Source: Dipteris shenzhenensis
Lineage: Eukaryota
Assembly (NCBI GenBank): GCA_047967505.1
Contig: CM106538.1
Strand: one strand, 5' to 3'
DNA length: 64,000 nucleotides
Both the position numbers and the translations under genes were made by a program. A model generated the notes under the pieces. It ran no database searches and was not told where the DNA came from. It saw nothing but the letters and a program-made list of their open reading frames with translations. This document shows positions 52,122 through 64,000 of this stretch, in pieces (position 1 is the stretch's first letter; every line of letters begins with the position of its first letter).

Positions 52122-52263
52122 GTAGTAGCTACTTCGTTTTTGAAGTAACTAGGAATGTAATTACTCTACAGAAATAAAAGATTTCTTCCCACAAAAAGTG
52201 TGTGGTGGTGGTGTGTGAGAGAGAGAGAGAGTGAGTCGAGAGAGAGGTTCTGCTGAGGTCGAG

Positions 52264-52348
52264 CTGCTCCAGCCTGCGCCGCCTGCTCCAGCCTGCGCCG
52301 CCCGCTCCAGCCTGCGCCGCCTGCTCCCCCTGTGCCGCCCTGCTCCAG
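52264..52348. repeat. GC-rich 19-bp tandem repeat (CTGCTCCAGCCTGCGCCGC x3 plus degenerate copies)
   Basis: Seen directly in the sequence. Confidence 0.85.
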
Positions 52349-54335
52349 CTCGCGCTTCCCTGCTCTTGCTTGTGCCTGCTGAAAATACCCACCAAGAACT
52401 CACAACCAACCACAAGTAAAACCCCAAAGAAACCTGTAAAAAGAATGCTTCGATCTTCAGCCTGCCTGAGATGCAAACAGGTCGCTCAGTGCTGAAGCAG
52501 ACAGCTCCGCCAATGCGTGGAAACAGCCCAGGATCTCAGCTCCCCAGAACACGAGTCGAACAGTCCCGGAGAGGGCCCTGAAACTGCCTAACCTGAAGCA
52601 AGGGAGAGCGGGCAATCAGCAAGGGAGAGGCCCAGGACAGCAGGCTGAAGAAGGAGCATGACCGAGGCAGGAGGGCGCAGGGCCAGGAGGTCTACTACCT
52701 TGGAGATTTCGGGACAAGACCCACTTGAGGGTAGTACAATCTAAGTTGAAGTCATGAATATGGTTTTATTCCATTAATGAAACAGCTATATGTTTCCAGC
52801 TATCTCATTCCAGAGGATTTCAGTTATGATATTCACTTTTGTTGTTCGTTATGAAGCACGACATGCTCAAGTACCAGTCCACAATATGACAGCATTTTAT
52901 GGTCATTATTGACCCAATATTTTCTTTAAGATTCTATTATTCAATAGCTTCCATTAGGATTTGTTTTATACAAGAACTCTTATGGTTTCTCATGGATTAT
53001 TATGGCAAAAAATGACATAGTTTTACAGTTTATCTGTCAGATATATGTCCTTTTGGAAAGTTTGAGAGCCACAGTAAGTGCTTGGTAGGAAGAAGACCTT
53101 GAGAGTTGGGAACACTTGTGCAGTGAATAGAATCTATTTCAGAATAGTTATTTCCAAAGCAATCCCAAGAAGAGGTTCCCACTACTTGGAAAAAATAACA
53201 GTATATTTGCAAATCACTCCATGAGAGAAGATTCGAGGGGTCTCTCAAGAAAATAAGACAAAGAAAGGCTCCAAGAAATATATACAAGGCTAAGTATCTC
53301 TTTTATGTTGATAAAGTTTGCCTTATGAAGATCTAACCCTTGCATGGCAATGCAAGGAGAACAATGGATTGTTTTCTTGAATTTGTTCTAGGGAAACACT
53401 ACTCATAAATGAGAAGTCTTTAAAGCCTGATGCGCTCAAGTATCAGTACAAGTGATCATTGGTCAAGTGTTTCTTTCTCTTATTTGGGAAGTAAAGGTGG
53501 AGTTGCAGCCACCAAAGAAGTCAAGGGGAATATAGAGCCCTTGGAAGAAGCAACCTGTATTATTATGGAACTGTTGAGGTTATTTGCAAGTAAGATGATA
53601 AGCAGAGTATGGAAAAACTGATGGATTTCAATTTTATTAGTGTCTTATGACTGTTTTGGAACACTTTCCTTCCACCAACAACATAAAATGGCAAGAGTCA
53701 GGGCTTGTGAAAGGACGTCAGCTCCATAGGAAACAAGGGCATGGATTTGCCAAGAAAAAAAAAAGGGGGCTATGAATAAAGAAGGGCGTATGGCTGCCCA
53801 GAGCTCTTAAACAGCAGGAAACACCAAGAATAAGAAGGGCGTATGGCTGCCCAGTGCTCTTAAAGGGGCCTATGGCTGCCAGTGCTCTTGAAGAGCAAGA
53901 AATGCCAATGAAAAATAATAATCTCCGTATGGAAAGCAAGTGTTTTAGATGCAAAAGAGAGGCATGTGGCTGCCTAGTGCTCTGGAAGGCCAGTCGGCCA
54001 AAAGAAGCAGCGAATGCTACAAGATCGATGTAAGTCAACCATTGGAAGTTCCAGATTCCAAGAGCCACCTAAGGTGGAAGAGCACAGAGAAGAAAAGCAC
54101 CCAAAGGCAAGTTTATCTATAGATATATTGCCGAAGTACTAGAACTATTAGGCAATTGATACCAAGAGAGGAGGTATCCTCAAGTTTTACAATTGTATCA
54201 AGAAGCTTTACAGTTGAGGACAGCTGAGTAGAAGCCAATTTCTCCTAAGAAATAAGGAGGAGTCTTATTAGATTGACTACGGTCAAAGAAAGTTGACTTT
54301 GGTTAACTAGAATAAGTTTTATTTTATTACTTTTG

Positions 54336-54460
54336 CTTTGCATTGGTAAAAGAGAACTTTGGGGATACCCACAAGGGACTAGGATTAGTTCAAGAACTAG
54401 GAACGCATGCATTGTGCTAACCTTTAATGGGTTAAAGTGTTGGTGTTTGTGTAGGACTTG
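54336..54460 (+). repeat. Dispersed repeat shared with 43826-43933 (possibly LTR of an unclassified element)
   Basis: TTTGCATTGGTAAAAGAGAACT...GCTAACCTTTAATGGGTTAAAGTGTTGGTGT occurs at both loci. Confidence 0.7.
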
Positions 54461-54805
54461 GAAGAGTGCAAAAAGGCTCACAAATGATGGAGCAAGTGCC
54501 AAAAAGTAGGTCCCACAAGGCCAAAAAGCACCAAGCAAATGGTGCCATTAAGGAGGGCCCCACGGGGTTCTAAAAAGATCAAGAAAGCTGCCCCAAGGTG
54601 GGCTAAAAGCATGAAAGCTCAGCTTTTGTAAAAGTAGCTTTAGAAAAGCAGGTCTAGCTTTTTGCTAGGCTAAGTCCATAAAAGAAGAGCCTCAGTGCTC
54701 CTAGATTCATTGAAGAGTTGTGATTTTTATGATCCTGTTGTACAAACTTTATTCTACTGCAATAAAGACCTTCGGGAGGGCCCAATCTTGATATTTGGGC
54801 TCTAG

Positions 54806-57719
54806 TGATACACACAAAATCACGTAATCACAAAGACTAAGAACAAATATGTTACTAGAAGTCATGGGTGAAGGCATGCGGTATTTCCTCCGAACCTTTC
54901 TCTGTGGTAACAAGCTCACATCGACTGATCCACGTTGAATTTTTTGCATGCTTAGTCCACAAAGCCCACAATTCCCTAGAGGGATCTAGTTTGCCACATG
55001 GCATCATTCTAGGGTACCTCTTAAACGTAGCATTATACCCGTCTCTTGGGATATCAGTTAATTCACTTGCCCCTAGGCTTATTTACACATTTAATGCATT
55101 TAAGACCCATAGCCTTAGACCCATCTAGTCCGTGCCCTATCACACTCATCAAGGACCTTGACATTGATTCCTTTGACCATTTACCTAAAGCCCAATAAAA
55201 TATAATACAAACATTGATCCTCTAAAGGAAAATGTCCATTGACCCTTCCGAGGTCATGTTACCTCAGCTTGAGCGTAACATTCCTTCCCTCTTCAAGCAT
55301 CAATGTCCTTGATGATAAAGTCTAGGAATGCTCTCCGCATCTGATACACGGATTCCCAAGTAGCCTCAAAAGAGGTAATGCCATGTAACCAACACCGTGG
55401 GTATCTTCTGATTGCATACTTGCATTGTTTCTTGGTCCAGGATTCTTGTTGGTTTGCGTCTTGCATTATCCTCAATCTCCTGAAAAAACTTCTTTAAACG
55501 AGAAACATGAAACACTGGGTGTACCTTACAACCCTGTGGTAATTCTAATTTATAGGCCACCTTGCCTATTCTTTTTAGAATTAACCACAGCCCACAATAT
55601 CGGGGTGATAACTTAGCACACTCTCCTGCAGTCAAAGACTTGGAGTGTGAAGCAATTCTTAGAAAACTTTTTCTCCTTCCTTAAATTCCCTAACAGACCT
55701 GTTTTCATCCGCATAGGCATTAGCTCTATCCATAGCTTGGTGGATGATAGCTCTTGCAAGTGCTAGCCTCTCCCGCATCTAAATCACAAAAGTCGTGGCA
55801 CTAGGCACTTTCTGAGGTATTCCAACTGTAGATGGATTTGCTGGTCTAAAACCATAGCTCAACTAGCTCAACTCAAACGGACTGAACCCTGTAGAGAAAT
55901 TCTTTCTATCATTGTAGGCAAATTCTAACACTGGCAACCACTTGTCCTACGCATGGTGCCTCAATGAAACATGTGCTCTAAGCATATCCTCTAAAGTCTG
56001 GTTGACTATTTTCGTCTGACCATCCGTTTCTGAATGATCCCCACTACTCATTCCCAACTCAATCCTTAGTGTCTCAAACACTGTAGTCCAAAAATGTCTG
56101 GTAAATTTAACATCCATGTCTAAAATGGATCTGGGTAATCCATGCAAATGAAATATATGTTTAATAAACAAATCTACCACTTGCGGGGCACTAACGAACT
56201 CTCTAGTCGGAATGAAGTAAGCCATCTTGGTAAGACAATCCACCACCACAAGGATAGAATCATATCCAACTTATGTCGTGGACAGACCTACAATAAAGTC
56301 CATGGAAATGCTCTCCCACCTACCTAGTGGTATTTCCTTACCGGTTCTGCTTTAATTACTTGACATGAAAAACAACGTGTCACATATTCATGAATATGTT
56401 TTTTAATTTTTGGCCAAAAGAAATCTCATTTCACGAGATCATATGTCTTTTAATTTTTGGCCACAATTGATCTTAAAAAAGCATAGAAAGCGCTCTAGTC
56501 ATTCACACTGCACAGAGAGATCAATTTGTTCTTGATTCTTACAAAGAAAGGATGGTAAAATCCTGGTTCACTTATGCTGCATAGCGAGATCAGCTTGCCC
56601 CTAAAAGCCACATTCGATATTCATTTGTGGCCTTCCTTGTGACCACCTCAATGAACGTCGTCAAATGGTACCATGTTCTCCAAATGAATGGTGAATTTCA
56701 GTCAGCCTGTCACAAATCAGTTCATGAACAAAGGGCAAGGCTTTGGGGTGAAACGTGGCTTCCACCCCTAGATCATGAGCTTAGCCAGCGCTCACAAATC
56801 GCCATCTATGTTCAACTTGACAAAGACCTCCACGGGTAGAGTCACCTCTAGCCTTCACGCCCCTCCCTATGGGAGTACTTAGACGCCTCACCAACATCCA
56901 CAAAGTAGCTCACGTACGCCACAACGTTCCTTTGAACCAACTCCTCAACGAAACTACACACAGGTAGACGACAAAACAAGGTGAAGCAGCTTAGCTTCTA
57001 TGCCAAATTCGTGGCTGGTCCCTAAATGGTTGAAATCATGGGATTGTGACATCCGCCACCAGTGGACCCAAAAAAAAAAACTTCTACTCCTTGCTCCGCC
57101 AATAACCTCCCGAGCGTTACGTCAAAGCACCTCGTAGCCCACTACCCGTAACAATTGAGATTCGTCAATTAACAGCCATCGACCAGCCCGTCATAACCTT
57201 GAACCACACGATAATCGCCAATGCTCTGCCACTCTGATACCAAATGATATACATAAAATCACGTAATCACAAAGACTGAGAACAAATCTGTTACTAAAAG
57301 TCATGGGTGAAGGCACACGATGTTTCCACCCAGCCTTTCTCTGTGGTAACAAGCTCACATCGACTGATCCACGTTGAAGTTTTTGCATGCTTAGTCCACA
57401 GAGCCCACAATTCCCTAGAGGGATCTAGTTTGCCACATGTCATCATTCTAGGGTACCTCTTAAATGCAGCATTATACCCCTCTCTTGGGATATCAATTAA
57501 TTCACTTGCCCCTAGGCACATTAATGCATTTAATGCATTTAAGACCCATAGCCTTAGACCCATTTAGTCCGTGCCCTATCACCCTCATCAAGGACCTTGA
57601 CATTGATTTCTTTGACCATTTACCTGAAGCCCAATAAAATATAATACAAGCATTGATCCTCTAAAGGAAAATGTCCATTGACCCTTCCGAGGTCACGTTA
57701 TCTCAGCTTGAGCGTAACA
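54806..57719 (-). mobile_element. Internally deleted chromovirus (element G3), relative of G1/G2
   Basis: 475-bp LTRs 54806-55280 and 57245-57719, clearly more diverged than those of G1/G2. TSD TCTAG/CCTAG; PBS at 57231-57242; same PPT as G1/G2. Retains only leader plus integrase/chromodomain remnants (55293-56450). Confidence 0.92.
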
Positions 57720-58339
57720 CCTAGTGTGTGTGTGCTCTATTCTTTCTCCACCCCTCTCAGTTTGTTTTGTTTCCTAGAAGAAATCTGCTGCTACTCCAGG
57801 TCAGATGAAGCGATTAGATGTTTTTCCATGCTATCTGTGAAATTCAAAATCTATCTTGGTGATTATCTACTACAAATTCAGGATCCAAGCTCTGTTTCTA
57901 CCATAAGTAATTCGTTTTTAGGGTTTTTAGGCTGATTACTTATTCGTTTTAGGGTTTCAAGGCTGATTACAAGTTCGTTTTAGGGTTTCTGATCGGATTA
58001 TAGGGCTGGAGTTTACAATTGACTCCTTGGAAAAAGTACACGTTGTACTTACTGTAGGAGGAGAAGCTCTCACAAATTTGTTTTCCCCTTCTGTCATTGC
58101 TGTTTTATTTTTGATATTAGAAGGGTGAGTCTAACTTGATCCACCTGGTATTACCTTTGTTCATAACCTTGTTACAATGGTGGATAACCAAGGGCACCTT
58201 GTGTCATACATACAATAAAAGTTTGATACATTGTGAAGCACTTTATCCTTGAGAGGGCAAGTCATTAGCATAGGTGTAGTGTGACCCCGAGCAAAGGCTC
58301 CCAAGCTTATTTTTCTAACTCACCCATGTCAGTAGATGA

Positions 58340-59345
58340 ATACAGATTGCTGCTCCATTTTGAGGTCATTGGCTGTCCAAATCGTCAACAGCATCAGGGC
58401 TTCAATCGAGGTTAATAAGCAGCTCGAAATCTATCCTTACAGCAGCAAGTCCAACTCTCACTCCCCTTCGTCCTACTCAGACCTTCCCAGCCATCTCAGA
58501 CTCTCCCCTATCAGCCCCTCCCTCTACCTCCAGCCTTCCCTCTCTCAGCCACTTCACGGCCCATAGCTCTCCCTTAGGTTCTCATGTATCCCTACTACCT
58601 TCTCCCCTACATCTCCCCTTTCTTCTAGCTTCTTCAAGTGATAGAAGGATCTTTATCATGTTTGAGCTGGCTTCTCATATTGGATTGCCGAATGGATCCC
58701 CATTCATGCAATCCAATGGCCACAAGAACAATCGTTGTTTCAAAAGACGAGTTGTTGCAGCTCAAAAAGGATGTGGAGCTTGAGAGCTCCATAACACTCT
58801 TCGCATGTTGCATGGGTCCCACCCTTCCATATTATAGGCTAGGGACTAGATGCAGGTGGCCTTACCTTCGGATCTCACTTGGGACCTCACTAATATCGGC
58901 CTTTTGGAATGAAGCTTTTTTCACATAGCCTTTGACACTCCTAGAGCAGTGAGCACAATACTCAAGGCTAGTCCCTTACCTCAAGCCATTCTTTCTTGGT
59001 TTCGACCTACAGAGGAGGACAAGCGGACGATTCCATTGTCCGTGGCTTGATCTTCAAGTCACGAAGATCCATCGTGCAGAGTTCTTGTATCATTCTCATC
59101 CAGGGCCCGACGGGTACAACAGGGTGACAGGATGACCAGATTGTTCTTCTAGACCACTGGGCCTCGATTAGCAAGGACACAGCTGCAAAGATTGAGAGAT
59201 GTGAGTGGATAGATGCACTCTGACCCTCAAAAGATTCTAGAGATGACGACAGACTTCTATCAGAGCTTGTTCGATTCCGAGGAGTCTCCCCAAGTTCTTG
59301 CAATGCGAGAGGCAGTTTGGACCCATATCCTGACAGTGGTCTCTT
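58340..59345 (+). mobile_element. Decayed, internally deleted L1-like fragment
   Basis: ORF1-like part homologous to 18560-19030. DPQKILEMTTDFYQSLF...AVWTHI is typical of the L1 EN-RT linker. Confidence 0.55.
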
Positions 59346-59349
59346 CGAG

Positions 59350-61000
59350 CATGAATCAACTACCATTTCGTTCGAGAAGTTTAATGGTAAGAATTTTCCT
59401 ACATGGCAAACAAAGATGCGTCTTGTACTTATGAAAGATGGAGTGTGGAATGTTGTGCATGGCAAGGAGAAAAAGCCACAATCACATGAAAAGAAAATTA
59501 CACAATGGGAGAATCTGAATGACAAAGCTCTTTCTCTCATTGGTTTGGGATTGGGTGATGACGCTATTCATCATTTTGATTTTGATTCCACTGCTCACGA
59601 CTTATGGGATAAGTTTGAAGAATTGTTCGATAACAAAATCATCAATTCAAAGGTATTCCTCAGACATGAATTCTTCAAGCTGCAAATGAAGCATGAAGAC
59701 TCTCTTCTTGCTCACTTGAATCGTATGGAATCCCTTGTCACTCAGCTTGCTAGTCTAGCGGCCCATGTAGGGAAAGATGATTAAGTTGTTGTGCTCCTCT
59801 CGAGCAATGAGGAAAATTCTAAGTACTGGGAGATCATACCAGCATTGTGTGTGACACAAATGGGTTATCATGATATGGTTGCTATGCTTATTGATCATGA
59901 CAGACAGTATGCAGACACTTCGGACTCCACTATACTGTACTCCAAGGGCAAAGGCAAAGGCAAATTCAAGCCTTTCAAATGCAATCACTGTGGGAAGCTT
60001 GGTCACACCGAGGATCGTTGCTTCTAGAAGCTTGCCAAGCAACAACACAAGGATCATGTCAACTTGGTTGGGGCTGCAACAAGTGAAGACAAAGAAGAAG
60101 ATGATGCTTCGACACCGACTCATATCTTACTGCTGGCATTAGAGATCTCTCTCTCTATTCAGAGGTCAATGTACCTGATGATCGGGACTTTTGGTTCTGA
60201 TCTATTATTCTACAGCTTGATGTATTTTGGGATCCTTTGCCCTGGGTAGTCCCCCTAAAATGATATGTATTGAGTGTTTGGTTTTCATTGAGTCTAAAGG
60301 TCCTCTGCCTTGGATAGTCCTCCTAAAAAGATGTATTGGTTTTCCTATTTTGGTGTGTGGCTTCCTAACATGTCCTGTTATGAAGCCAAGGGGGGATGTA
60401 CTATTGGAGCCATATGTATTGGCTTTGATAGGTCTCGTTATTAGGCCTGGCCGAGTTCCAAGATGTTGGTGTATTCCTAGACCTATGAGCTCGTCATGTA
60501 GTCATGCTATAACGTGAGCCTCTGAGCATGTTGAGTCTCAAGCCATTAGAGTGCTTGGATCAACCTCTGAACATGCTCAGACTTTAGCCTCTAAGTTACA
60601 TAGGGTACACAGTTTGATGACTGTCATTGTCATGTTCTGTTCTTGGTTCCATTCCAGTAGTCTCTCACCTTGCCTTCATGGGGGGGTGTTGGAATATGAA
60701 GCCAAAGTGAGTCTAAAATGAGTGTTCTAGGTGTGTTTTATAGTCTAGTGAGTCCGAGACATGCCACGTGTCATAATGGGAGCTATCCCAGATACACTAT
60801 GGCTTTCTAGAGTCTAGTGTCACACTATATAGTGTTGTACTTGTCTATTGTCTATCATATCAGTCAACATCAAGCTCTTTGGTATCATGTGAGTACTTGT
60901 CCATTGCTTTCATTTTCTTTCCATTCCATTTCCATTATGCTTGTTATCTTTCCTTTCCATTCCTAGTGTTATCTTGCTTCTCTCCCTACCACTATGATCT
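59350..61000 (+). mobile_element. Ty1/Copia gag fragment with downstream PPT/LTR remnant
   Basis: FEKFNGKNFPTWQTKMRLVL...LQMK...HLNRM, knuckle CNHCGKLGHTEDRC. G-tract followed by TGTTGG at 60678-60692. Confidence 0.75.
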
Positions 61001-62170
61001 TTCAAATTCTAGTTTATATGCACCCTCATTGATCTTTTAAATGATTAAGAAGAGTCCACATTACCTAGGGATAGCTTTTCTACCAAACCTATCCGTAACA
61101 TCTTTGGATCCTTTGGTATTCACAAGTAAACATGCATTCTCTCAAAAGACTCTATGGACGAACACCACCTATCAGCATGAAATTGTGCTCTATCTTTAGC
61201 ACTCTTGATAGATTCTTGTGAAGTCACTAACATCTCTTGCATACCCTGCACGAAATCTTTGACTTCATCAAGTTGAATACCCTTCAATCCAACCGTCATG
61301 GGGAACCCAGGTTGATATTTGTACATAAGTATAATTGGACTGAAACTAGTAGCCGTATGCTGCTATTGTAGGCAAATTACACCATTGGGATGAACTTCTC
61401 CCAATCGGATGGCTTCTTGGAGACATATGCTCAAACGTATCTTCCCAAGGCCTGATTTACCCTCGAAAGTGGTTCCTAATTTCTTGAACACTTGTTGCCA
61501 AAAGTGCCACCTATGTTGCACATGAACCTAAAGGAGTTATTCATTTCAGGGAAAGAAAACATAGGAATAATTTAATTCCAAAGTTCAAAGTTAAGTGGAA
61601 GGATAGATTTGAGCAAGACTCCACTTGGGAGTCGATTTCTAGTTTGCAGAAGAACTTTCCCAATATCATTTAAGAGTAAATGCTTAAAAGTGAGGAAGCA
61701 TGTTATGTACCAAACAGTAATCCTCGTATTAGTGGACTTAATCCCGCAAGGTTGGGGGGGCTAGGGATTAAGGAACATAGGCTTATGTAGAGTAGAGGAC
61801 TTGAACATTAGCAAAGGGCAAGATGTTTGGCTAGGGCACCTTCCATAAAGCGGGATGCTCTTATATATAAGAGTGGCCAAGGCTATTGCGTTGACATTTA
61901 GTGTGTGCACACCACTGGATGGTCTAGTCTTCTGGACCATGAGCCTAGACTCTAGCCTTCTACATGGTGGATCACAAGACATTGTGCCGATGGTTCCTTG
62001 CGATGGGTTTGGTGTTTTGGGATGCCAAAGCCATGGGCATAGGCTTGTGGAAGTCTGATTCCAGCCCATGTGCTCAGGAGTGGATGGGATGTTAGTTACC
62101 TGCTGATATTTATTATGTTTTGCTGATTCTGTTTGGACCATGTTCAGAGTTAGATCTTAGAGGGGATGCA
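61000..62170. mobile_element. Rearranged chromovirus 3' remnant: inverted integrase C-terminus, chromodomain, PPT and LTR
   Basis: Minus-strand DWEKFIP..FAYN..AKDRAQFHAD..AYKLE (61000-61510). Plus-strand FKVKWKDRFEQDSTWES (61520-61670); AAAAGTGAGGAAGCA then TGTTATG at 61701. LTR end uncertain. Confidence 0.65.
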
Positions 62171-62491
62171 ATAAATAGGCTCTAATTTTGTGGAATATTT
62201 CATGCATAGATCATGTATATCAAAGAGGACTTTGTGCAAAAATACATGCAAGTCAATGGGGCCAAGAAGAGTCCTCCCTAGATGGTGATTCAGGTTTTCA
62301 AAAGAAATTTTCAGAATTGTAGCAAGAGTAAAAGGGAGTGCATGTGCACAGAGTCACAAGAGTAAGGTTAACCCCATTGATTAATTTTTGCAAGAGTAAA
62401 CTCAAAATTAAAAAATAGTCAATATGAATTATTGAGTCACAACTTTGTCATATAATACACATGAATTGATTGGATGAAAATGGATTAAAAG

Positions 62492-62559
62492 AAGTAAATA
62501 AGCTCTTTTGACATGATTAAGACAAAAGTAAATAAGCTCTTTTGACATGATTAAGACAA
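62492..62559. repeat. 34-bp tandem duplication
   Basis: AAGTAAATAAGCTCTTTTGACATGATTAAGACAA twice. Confidence 0.9.
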
Positions 62560-62697
62560 ATGGATCCAAGAAAAATTCTATTTCCATGATAACTAATATT
62601 ACTTTTTAGAAAAACAATACTGCATACATTAAGAAAGAAACAAAGATGCTTAGAAGGAGAAACTACGCTCCCATACTATATTGTTATGTGATGGTAC

Positions 62698-62818
62698 CTG
62701 CAGTTCCTGAGTCAAATGGGCAGGGGGTAGAAGTCCAAGTAGATAGTGGTTCTCTCTTTCTTTGTCAGTGAAAGCAAGCCCTTTATTATACTGTGGATCG
62801 CGTAAAAGCTCCAAGCCA
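62698..62818 (-). CDS. NADP-ME: NADP-dependent malic enzyme, internal exon (121 bp; (S)[40 protein letters not shown])
   Basis: Matches the plant NADP-ME motif LLRDPxxNKGLAFTxxERxxHYLxGLLPP. Acceptor gacAG|TGGC and donor CAG|GTacc on the minus strand. The upstream exon was not found in the window. Confidence 0.93.
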
Positions 62819-64000
62819 CTGTCGTGCAGTGTCATAAAATTTTTTAATCTCTCTTTATACAAATACACATGGATGCTCTGCACAATGAAGCATAAATGCA
62901 TAGAGATTGACACATGCAGCAAAGGCACAGCACATTATAGCTGAAGTTTTTTGTATTTGACTTGGATCTAATAGCCTTTAAAAACCAAATCTAACTTTTT
63001 GTCCACCTATCAGCTTTTATTTCCATAGAGCACAAACCTTCCCAAACATGTTGATTCATGCTGTTATGAGGCACATAAAATGCATACCATACATAGCATG
63101 AGGATTGCTAGCATCCTCCTTTATGAAACTCAAGACTTAGCTTTTACTCAGCATCAAGAACATGATGTGTGCTTTCAAAAATTGTTTTCCTATCATATAA
63201 ACACTATTGCATCTTAGGGAAAATACTCTAAAATTTTGAGCATGCTTCACATCGACCTTAGCACTACATCTACAACTCAAAGCCTAAATTTGCATCATTG
63301 TTTTATAAAAGACTTTGAATCTTGACCAATGTACCCCCAAATACAAACGACCACATGATCACCTTCCTCCTCACACCCCCATGCACCCCCTCCCAAAAAG
63401 AACAAAACAAAAAACAACACCCCCCCTCCCCAAACCGCCCCCAAAACAAAAAAGCTAAAGAGCTCCAAATCAGTAATGCATGCATGTATTCCAAGGCACA
63501 AGAGAAGTTATCACAAAGTCCACATTTCCATTTCTTCGTAAAAGGTTTTCCTTATCAACATCATATCAAGATCATCGTCAAACCTGTATATCTGAAAGAT
63601 TCTATTTGCCTTGTCACATACTATTCTTGATGTGTGGCATTTACAGATCATGAGGGGGTCTTTTCTAGTTGGGATGCTAGTATTAGTCTTCATGTATGCC
63701 ATTCATGTAGTGTTAATATCATCCTAGTTAAAATTTGTTGGCAATGCCCTATCTTATGAGCCCCTTAGAAGGAAAACTAATGGGCAGATTAGTCAAGGAG
63801 GAGGTAAAGGCAAAGTTTTGTCTCAAGGACCTATGAGCTCCCACTCAGGTCTCTACCTTTGCTTGCCCATTTGTCTTTAACCCTGTCTTCTTCCCCCGCA
63901 TCTCTCTAAGACTCACACGCCTACTTCGCTCTTCCTTATATAGTTGCTCCATTAGCTTCCTTGGAGAAGCTCTCTGAAACAATCTGAAGGTGTCTCTAAA

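Larger units (their letters stand above)
46561..52197 (+). mobile_element. Full-length L1-clade LINE (L1-c)
   Basis: 17-bp TSD GTGTGTGGTGGTGGTGT (46544-46560 and 52198-52214); 5' UTR, ORF1, ORF2 and short A tail. Confidence 0.93.

Noticed and set aside
57915-57990. TTTAGGG motifs as interstitial telomere
   Set aside because: These are isolated units inside ~27-bp repeats (telo-box-like) rather than a tandem telomeric array.
62650-62928. 92-aa ORF as a standalone gene (likewise 20125..20337)
   Set aside because: Only the part bounded by splice sites matches malic enzyme; the rest is intron read-through.

Overview
Land-plant nuclear DNA, probably from a large-genome lineage such as a fern or gymnosperm (lineage is inference). 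The whole window appears to lie inside one intact host gene, an NADP-dependent malic enzyme on the minus strand. Only four exons (454 bp in total, all with GT-AG boundaries and a continuous frame) fall in the window. They are separated by introns of 21,670 bp, 20,365 bp and 112 bp, and a further intron of more than 20.2 kb runs off the left edge. The large introns are nested transposon stacks: three related chromoviral Ty3/Gypsy elements (two full-length and young, one internally deleted); a decayed Tat-type Gypsy carrying an LTR-less Ty1/Copia internal region; a head-to-tail array of three L1-clade LINEs that all sit in a (GT)n microsatellite; a family of RTEX-like LINEs that share a 3' stem-loop and short-repeat tails, including a short ORF1-only derivative; and two TIR elements. 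The most unusual signals are the apparent (GT)n targeting by L1s, the RTEX-like family's in-frame ORF1-endonuclease arrangement with a covarying 3' hairpin, and two chromoviruses with near-identical pol but diverged gag, LTR and leader. All calls were made by eye; no database searches were run.
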